Positions 38,300 through 45,600 of a DNA stretch of 45,600 nucleotides are shown piece after piece. How positions within the stretch are numbered: position 1 is the first letter of the stretch; each line of letters starts with the position of its first letter. The notes under the pieces are model-generated. The model made no database searches, was not told the origin of the DNA, and saw nothing but the letters and a program-made list of their open reading frames with translations. This stretch comes from Deltaproteobacteria bacterium (GTDB lineage: Bacteria > JACQOV01). Location: the NCBI GenBank assembly GCA_016202395.1, contig JACQOV010000038.1, forward strand, positions 1-45,600. Reading direction: 5' to 3'. A program made the position numbers and the translations under genes.

Positions 38300-38516
38300 A
38301 AAGCTCGCCTCGGGAGGGGTATCTTCCGCCCTTCTTGAGAACTTGAGGGCGACGGCTTAAGAACTGTTTCATAGCCGCTCCGTAGCCGGTTTCCTCAAGC
38401 ATTCGCCTCCGAAGAAAGCGGCTAATTAAACGGGAGACACTTAAGTTTTGACGAGCCGCCCAGACGCGGGCCCATTGGGCCACCTCTTCTTCGAGTGTAA
38501 TCGTGACGTTCTTCAT
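38289..38516 (-). CDS. Ribbon-helix-helix antitoxin (75 aa; start revised to ATG 38516)
   Basis: MKNVTITLEEEV...AARQNLSVSRLI RHH pattern, C-terminal SRGELYER; overlaps the toxin start. Confidence 0.88.
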   Translation of the reverse strand: MKNVTITLEEEVAQWARVWAARQNLSVSRLISRFLRRRMLEETGYGAAMKQFLSRRPQVLKKGGRYPSRGELYER

Positions 38517-38517
38517 A

Positions 38518-38551
38518 ACACAATTATAGTGTAACACAGGATCTGTGTCAA
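38518..38551 (-). promoter_or_regulatory. Consensus sigma70 promoter with tandem palindromic operators
   Basis: TTGACA (38551-38546)-17 bp-TATAAT (38528-38523), 6 nt before the ATG; ACAC-N7-GTGT at 38518-38532 and 38534-38548. Confidence 0.88.
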
Positions 38552-38575
38552 TAAGAGAGGGGCCCGTCATGGCCC

Positions 38576-40120
38576 CTACTCCCACTCGATGGTGCTGGGG
38601 GGTTTGGAGCTGATATCGTAGACGACACGGTTGATGCCGGAAACTTCATTGATTACGCGGTTCGAAATTTTACCTAAAAGATCGGCGGGGAGCCGAGCCC
38701 AATCGGCGGTCATCCCATCTTGGCTCTCAACAGCTCGCACCGCAAGAACATTTTCGTAAGTCCGTTCGTCCCCCATCACTCCGACACTTTTGACAGGGAG
38801 AAGAACCGCAAAGGCCTGCCAGAGGGAGTGGTACAAACCGCTATTTTGGATCTCCTCCTCCACAATAGCATTGGCCTTCTTTAAAAGCTCTAAGCGCTCT
38901 TCGGTCACCTCTCCCAAGATCCGAACCGCAAGCCCGGGCCCAGGGAAGGGATGTCGTTTTAAGATCTCGTCGGGGACTCCTAACTCTTTCCCTAAAAGTC
39001 GAACCTCGTCTTTGAAAAGCTCTCGAAGAGGCTCTAAAAGTTTTAGACGCATTTTTTTGGGAAGCCCTCCCACATTGTGATGGGTTTTAATCGTGGCGGA
39101 AGGACCTCGATGAGAGAAGCTCTCAATAACATCGGGATAAAGAGTCCCCTGAGCTAAAAATGAAACGCCGGAAATGCTTTTAGCTTCTTCCTCAAAAATA
39201 AAAATGAATTCATTCCCGATCATTTTTCTTTTTTGCTCAGGATCCGTGATGCCTCGAAGTTTATCTAAAAACCGCTTCTCCGCTCGAATCGTCTTCAGAT
39301 GGAGCCCCATCCGCTTGAACGCCTTCTCTACTTTCTCCCTTTCATTCATCCGCAGGAGACCGTTATCGACAAAAATGCAGGTGAGCTGTTTTCCAATGGC
39401 GCGATGGATAAGAGCGGCCACAACGGAGGAATCCACCCCCCCACTCAAAGCGCAAACAACCCCTTGATCGCCTGCTTTTTCACGGATTTCCTCAATCGAT
39501 TGCTCTAAAAATGACCGCATCGTCCAATTCGGCGCACAACCGCAGATCCGAAGAATAAAATTCTCTAAAATTTGACGCCCCATGGGAGTGTGAACCACCT
39601 CGGGGTGAAACTGAACTCCATAGAGATGCCGCTCTGAATCGGACATCGCTGCAACAGGGGAATTTCCCGTGCGGGCAATGGCTTTAAATCCCGGGGGCAT
39701 CTTTTGAATGCGATCGCCATGGCTCATCCAGACGGTCATATGTCCATTGTGATTCACCCCTTGAAAAAGGGGGGTCGGTTCTAAAACCTCTACCTCCGCT
39801 CGACCAAACTCTCGTCGATCGGATAGTTCCACTTGTCCTCCGAGCTGGTGAGTCATGAGTTGCATGCCGTAGCAAATCCCCAAAACAGGGACAGAACCTT
39901 TGAGAATGTTTAGATCGCAACGAGGAGAGTTCTTGGAATGAACGCTGGAAGGGCTTCCCGAAAAGATAAAACCTTTAGGTGGAGAGGCCCCTATTTTAGA
40001 AGTGATCGATTGACAGGGAACAATCTCGCAATAAACACGGCTTTCCCGCACACGCCGCGCAATGAGTTGCGTGTACTGCGAGCCAAAATCAACAACAACA
40101 ATTCTTTCTTTCGGAATCAT
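38576..40120 (-). CDS. guaA: GMP synthase (glutamine-hydrolysing)
   Basis: [50 protein letters not shown]. Confidence 0.98.
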   Translation of the reverse strand: MIPKERIVVVDFGSQYTQLIARRVRESRVYCEIVPCQSITSKIGASPPKGFIFSGSPSSVHSKNSPRCDLNILKGSVPVLGICYGMQLMTHQLGGQVELSDRREFGRAEVEVLEPTPLFQGVNHNGHMTVWMSHGDRIQKMPPGFKAIARTGNSPVAAMSDSERHLYGVQFHPEVVHTPMGRQILENFILRICGCAPNWTMRSFLEQSIEEIREKAGDQGVVCALSGGVDSSVVAALIHRAIGKQLTCIFVDNGLLRMNEREKVEKAFKRMGLHLKTIRAEKRFLDKLRGITDPEQKRKMIGNEFIFIFEEEAKSISGVSFLAQGTLYPDVIESFSHRGPSATIKTHHNVGGLPKKMRLKLLEPLRELFKDEVRLLGKELGVPDEILKRHPFPGPGLAVRILGEVTEERLELLKKANAIVEEEIQNSGLYHSLWQAFAVLLPVKSVGVMGDERTYENVLAVRAVESQDGMTADWARLPADLLGKISNRVINEVSGINRVVYDISSKPPSTIEWE

Positions 40121-41584
<1,464 letters not shown>

Positions 41585-41639
41585 TCAAGCTTCCTTTCTG
41601 TATAAGGTCTAAATAAATCCCTTCAAGTTTAAGTTACTA

Positions 41640-41668
41640 AATGTACAGGGTTTTCCAATTTTTTGCAA
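41640..41668 (-). promoter_or_regulatory. Putative guaBA promoter
   Basis: TTGCAA-17 bp-TACATT in an AT-rich intergenic region. Confidence 0.55.
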
Positions 41669-41685
41669 TAAACACCTGAACTCTT

Positions 41686-42210
41686 TCAACGATACCAGCG
41701 GGCGTATTCAGCATAGTTGGCAGCGGAGTTTTGGATCCACGTTTTTTCGTCAGCAGTGATATCTCTCTTAATCTTGGCAGGAGATCCTAAAACTAATTTG
41801 CCGGAAGGGATTTTTGTGCCTGGCGTAAGGAGAGAGCCGGCAGCAATAATGCATTCATCGCCGATCTCGACTCCATCCATCAAGATAGCGCCAATCCCAA
41901 TGAGACAACGATTTCCAATCTTGCAACCATGGAGCACCACTCGATGCCCGACCGTTACCTCATCACCGACGAGAGTGCCTTGACCCGTCTGTTTCTGCTC
42001 TGGAATAGAACGCGTCACATGAACAACGCAATGATCTTGAATATTGGTGCGAGAACCGATTTTGATGGAGTGGACATCCCCCCGAATGACGGTCTGAAAC
42101 CACACACTCGACTCCGCTCCAATCACCACATCCCCAATCACCTCCGCGCTGGGCGCAACGAAAGATTTGGGATCGACTCTCGGAGTTCTATTTTGGACGG
42201 AGCGAATCAA
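41686..42210 (-). CDS. Gamma carbonic anhydrase family protein (start revised to TTG 42210)
   Basis: IGDV.IG..SSVW, RGDV, NIQD..VVH, VTVGH..VLHGC; GGAGG before the TTG, which overlaps the ppdK stop. Confidence 0.9.
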   Translation of the reverse strand: MIRSVQNRTPRVDPKSFVAPSAEVIGDVVIGAESSVWFQTVIRGDVHSIKIGSRTNIQDHCVVHVTRSIPEQKQTGQGTLVGDEVTVGHRVVLHGCKIGNRCLIGIGAILMDGVEIGDECIIAAGSLLTPGTKIPSGKLVLGSPAKIKRDITADEKTWIQNSAANYAEYARWYR

Positions 42211-44864
42211 TGCCGCCTCCTCTGTAGCACTGCGTGAGCGGCGGCCAGACGTGCAATGGGAACGCGATAGGGGGAACAACTCACGTAATCGAGCCCCATG
42301 CGATGACAAAACTCAACGGTGGCGGGATCGCCTCCATGCTCTCCACAGATTCCAATCTTGAGATTCCGCTTCTTCCCTCTCCCTTTCCGAACAGCCATCT
42401 CGATCAACTGCCCCACTCCCGAAATATCTAATGTTGCAAAAGGATCTTTCTCCAAAAGATGGTTTTTTTGATAGTGCTTGATCACCGCAACGGTGTCGTC
42501 CCGAGAGAAGGCAAACGTCATCTGTGTGAGGTCATTGGTTCCAAAGGAAAAGAACTCTGCAATCTCCGCAATCTGATCGGCGACAAGAGCGGCGCGTGGG
42601 ACCTCAATCATCGTTCCCACTTTGTAGAGAATTTTTGTTTTATAGCGGGTTTGAACCTCTTTCGCGATTTCATCGATAATCTGTTTTTGCGAAGCGAGCT
42701 CTCCAGGCAATCCGACAAGGGGGATCATAATTTCCGGATGGACTTTTTTCTTTTTTCTCGCTAACTCACAAGCCGCCTCAAAGATCGCTTGCGCTTGCAT
42801 GCGGGAGATCTCCGGAAAAAGGATCCCTAGACGACAACCTCGAAGCCCCAACATCGGATTGAACTCATGAAGCTCTTCCACACGCGCGAGTAGACGCTCT
42901 TTTTCCTGAATTTCTGAAGCGGGAGCTCCACGATGCTTCATCTCTGAAATCTCTACCATCAAAGGCCCTCGTTTAGGTAAAAATTCATGCAAAGGGGGAT
43001 CCAAGAGGCGAATCGTCACGGGACATCCTTCCATCGCTAAAAAGATCCCTTTAAAATCCTCTCGCTGCATCGGAAGTAATTCTGTAAGATGTTTTTCTCT
43101 TTCCGAACGATCTTTGGCAAGAATCATCTTTTGCATGATAGGGAGACGCTCCTCGGCGAAGAACATGTGTTCGGTGCGACAGAGTCCAATCCCTTCCGCG
43201 CCAAAGTCTCGAGCCAAAGCGGCATCATGCGGAGTGTCGGCGTTGGTTCGAATCCCGAGTCGGCGAACCTGATCGACCCACGCCATGATCGTTTTTAAAT
43301 CCCCCACCACTTGAGGAGAGATTAAAGGGAGCCTCCCTTCCATCACCTCCCCTGTTCCTCCATCCAGGGTTAAAACATCTCCTTCTCTAAATTGTTTGCC
43401 ACTCACTTGCACAATCCCCTTTTCTTCTTCCACATGGAGGGCCTCACAACCGACCACACAAGGTTTCCCCATCTGGCGAGCTACAACCGCGGCATGAGAA
43501 GTGGCTCCCCCTCGAGCGGTAAGAACCCCTTGAGCGGCATTCATCCCATGAATGTCATCGGGATTAGTTTCGCGTCGAACCAAAAGAACTTTTTCCCCCT
43601 TCTCCGCTAAATCCACCGCTCGATCGGCGTCAAAAATAATCTTTCCCACCGCAGCCCCTGGAGAGGCGGGATAGCCTTTGGCAATCACAGAGCGTTTCGC
43701 GGAAGGATCAATCACGGGATGCAGAAATTGATCCATCTGTTGCGGAGAAAGTCGAAGAATCGCCTCATTTTTTGCAATTAGCCGCTCTTTCACCATATCC
43801 ACTGCAATCTTCACCGTTGCCCGCGCGGTCCGTTTTCCCACACGCGTTTGAAGCATGTAGAGCTTCCCCTCTTCGATGGTAAACTCAAAATCCTGAACAT
43901 CCTTGTAATGTTTTTCTAAACGATCGGTGATCCTTCGAAGCTCCCGGTAGATCTCAGGCCTCTCTTGAGCAAGCTCACGGATCGGTTTCGGAGTGCGAAT
44001 TCCAGCGACTACATCCTCCCCTTGAGCATTAGCAAGGTACTCTCCATAAAATTCTCTTTCACCCGTGGCGGGATTCCGAGTGAATCCCACTCCCGTTGCT
44101 GAGTTCGAACCCCTATTGCCAAAAACCATCATTTGGACATTGACAGCGGTCCCAATATTTTCAGGGATGTCATTCTGCTTTCGATAAAATTGGGCTCGAG
44201 GATTATTCCAAGATAAAAACACGGCTTGAATGGCAAGCCGAAGCTGATCGTAAGGATCTTGAGGGAATGGCTCTCCCTTGGTTTTTTGGACGATCTGTTT
44301 GAAATCATCAACGAGTCTGGAAAGAAAATCGGCATCCATCTCGAGATCCTGTTGGATCCCTTTCTCCCTCTTTTTTTCCTGAAGGGCTGATTCAAAAACC
44401 TCTTTTCCCATCTCCAACACCACATTCCCAAACATGGCGATAAAACGACGGTAGCAATCGTAGGCGAATCGCGGATTATTCGTTACGCGAGCCAGCCCCT
44501 CTACCGTTTCGTCATTGAGACCTAAATTTAATATCGTATCCATCATCCCCGGCATTGAGAATTTGGAGCCCGATCGAACGGAAAGGAGCAGAGGATTCTC
44601 AAGATCCCCAAGTCGTTTGCCTGCAGTCGCTTCAAGTTTGTCCAGGTTTCGATCGATCTCTGCGGAGATTGTTTTGGGGAGGTGACGATGCTTTTCGTAG
44701 AAGATCTTGCAGACTTCGGTCGTAATCGTAAAACCAGACGGAACAGGGGCTCTCAGTCGACTCATCTCGGCCAGCCCCGCCCCTTTGCCACCGAGGAGGT
44801 CTTTCATCTTTCCATGGCCGTCGGCCTTCCCATTCCCAAAAAAATAAATGTGTTTTTTAATCAT
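42207..44864 (-). CDS. ppdK: Pyruvate, phosphate dikinase
   Basis: LLGGKGAGL, SMPGMMDT, TSHAAVVAR, GIGLCRTEHMF, FGTNDLTQ, GICGEHGG. Confidence 0.98.
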   Translation of the reverse strand: MIKKHIYFFGNGKADGHGKMKDLLGGKGAGLAEMSRLRAPVPSGFTITTEVCKIFYEKHRHLPKTISAEIDRNLDKLEATAGKRLGDLENPLLLSVRSGSKFSMPGMMDTILNLGLNDETVEGLARVTNNPRFAYDCYRRFIAMFGNVVLEMGKEVFESALQEKKREKGIQQDLEMDADFLSRLVDDFKQIVQKTKGEPFPQDPYDQLRLAIQAVFLSWNNPRAQFYRKQNDIPENIGTAVNVQMMVFGNRGSNSATGVGFTRNPATGEREFYGEYLANAQGEDVVAGIRTPKPIRELAQERPEIYRELRRITDRLEKHYKDVQDFEFTIEEGKLYMLQTRVGKRTARATVKIAVDMVKERLIAKNEAILRLSPQQMDQFLHPVIDPSAKRSVIAKGYPASPGAAVGKIIFDADRAVDLAEKGEKVLLVRRETNPDDIHGMNAAQGVLTARGGATSHAAVVARQMGKPCVVGCEALHVEEEKGIVQVSGKQFREGDVLTLDGGTGEVMEGRLPLISPQVVGDLKTIMAWVDQVRRLGIRTNADTPHDAALARDFGAEGIGLCRTEHMFFAEERLPIMQKMILAKDRSEREKHLTELLPMQREDFKGIFLAMEGCPVTIRLLDPPLHEFLPKRGPLMVEISEMKHRGAPASEIQEKERLLARVEELHEFNPMLGLRGCRLGILFPEISRMQAQAIFEAACELARKKKKVHPEIMIPLVGLPGELASQKQIIDEIAKEVQTRYKTKILYKVGTMIEVPRAALVADQIAEIAEFFSFGTNDLTQMTFAFSRDDTVAVIKHYQKNHLLEKDPFATLDISGVGQLIEMAVRKGRGKKRNLKIGICGEHGGDPATVEFCHRMGLDYVSCSPYRVPIARLAAAHAVLQRRRH

Positions 44865-45600
44865 ATCGAAAATTTATGATCAAAGTAATCTAACAATTTG
44901 CCCATGTTAATACGATCCTGTTGCATCGTATCGCGGTCTCGGATCGTCACCGCTTGATCCTCCAAACTCTGAACATCCACCGTAATGCAGTAAGGAGTCC
45001 CCACCTCATCTTGCCGCCGATAGAGCCGCCCAATCGAGGCCGTGTCGTCGTAAGAAGTAAGATAGCGCTTTTGCAAATCGTTCTTAATTTTCTTGGCCAT
45101 CTCTACAATCTCAGGACGATTTCGAAGCAAAGGGAGAATCGCGATCTGGATAGGAGCCAGCTCCTTGTGAAGTTTCAAAACCACCCGTTTTTCTTTACGA
45201 ACCGTCTCCTCATGGTAAGCATCCACCAAAAAAGCCAAAGTGGAACGGTCGGCCCCCGCTGAGGGCTCAATCACGTAAGGAACGGTATGTTCTTTTTTCT
45301 CTTCATCATAATAGGCCAGCGTTTTCCCACTGAATTCAGAGTGTCGTTTTAGATCGTAATCCGCTCGATTCGCAATCCCCTCGAGCTCGGACCACCCCAT
45401 GGGAAAAAGATATTCGATATCCACGCAACGCTTCGCGTAGTGAGCGAGCTCGTCTTTGGCATGTTCTCGCAGACGGATGTTCTCTTTTCGGATGCCATAT
45501 TTTTGATACCACGCAAAACGGGAATCGATCCATTTCTGGTGCCACTCTTCGTCAGTCCCTGGCGCCACGAAATATTCAATCTCCATCTGCTCAAACTCAC
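44861..45600 (-). CDS. glyQS: Glycine--tRNA ligase, homodimeric alpha2 type (5' end outside the window)
   Basis: EFEQMEIEYF, ELAHYA, ELEGIANR, PYVIEPSAG, SIGRLYRRQDEVGTP anticodon-binding domain. Confidence 0.93.
   Translation of the reverse strand, partial: EFEQMEIEYFVAPGTDEEWHQKWIDSRFAWYQKYGIRKENIRLREHAKDELAHYAKRCVDIEYLFPMGWSELEGIANRADYDLKRHSEFSGKTLAYYDEEKKEHTVPYVIEPSAGADRSTLAFLVDAYHEETVRKEKRVVLKLHKELAPIQIAILPLLRNRPEIVEMAKKIKNDLQKRYLTSYDDTASIGRLYRRQDEVGTPYCITVDVQSLEDQAVTIRDRDTMQQDRINMGKLLDYFDHKFSI

Larger units (their letters stand above)
37810..38621. mobile_element. Minimal guaA-integrated islet carrying a TA pair
   Basis: Direct repeats offset by 766 bp enclose only promoter, antitoxin and toxin; no integrase. 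Confidence 0.8.

Noticed and set aside
38517-38585. Longer antitoxin start at 38585
   Set aside because: The extension runs through the promoter/operator and the guaA stop.
42211-42309. Longer start for the gamma carbonic anhydrase
   Set aside because: Overlaps ppdK by about 100 bp; TTG 42210 has a Shine-Dalgarno and matches the family N-terminus.

Overview
Bacterial chromosomal window, mostly core housekeeping genes. The gene order ftsH-folP-cdaA-cdaR-glmM-pdxJ-nnr-tsaE-lysC-cimA-comEA, plus lipoprotein and BamB-like genes, suggests a diderm, probably deltaproteobacterial-type organism (inference). The plus strand from 0.2 to 11 kb carries cysE-iscS-mnmA-rnc-era-der-yfgM-like-bamB-like and a divergent GH94-like protein; almost everything else is on the minus strand. 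Main observations: (1) a 414-aa intein (Ser1...His-Asn, with HTH and LAGLIDADG domains) just after the pore loop of FtsH; (2) a seven-gene envelope cluster (2x LPP20-like, FlgT-N-like, DUF799-like, 2x CsgG/FlgT-C-like, PEGA) resembling flagellar H-ring/basal-disk or CsgG pore parts, with no flagellar or curli genes in the window; (3) a 766-bp integrase-less islet at the guaA 3' end holding only a promoter/operator and a PIN toxin-antitoxin pair; (4) several fold-back MITE/REP elements, one nested three deep, that supply start codons, a stop codon and apparently signal-peptide N-regions; (5) a probable ACG start for hflX and an internal beta-subunit start in lysC. No tRNA, rRNA or CRISPR array was seen. 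Family assignments come from motif recognition by eye, not database searches.
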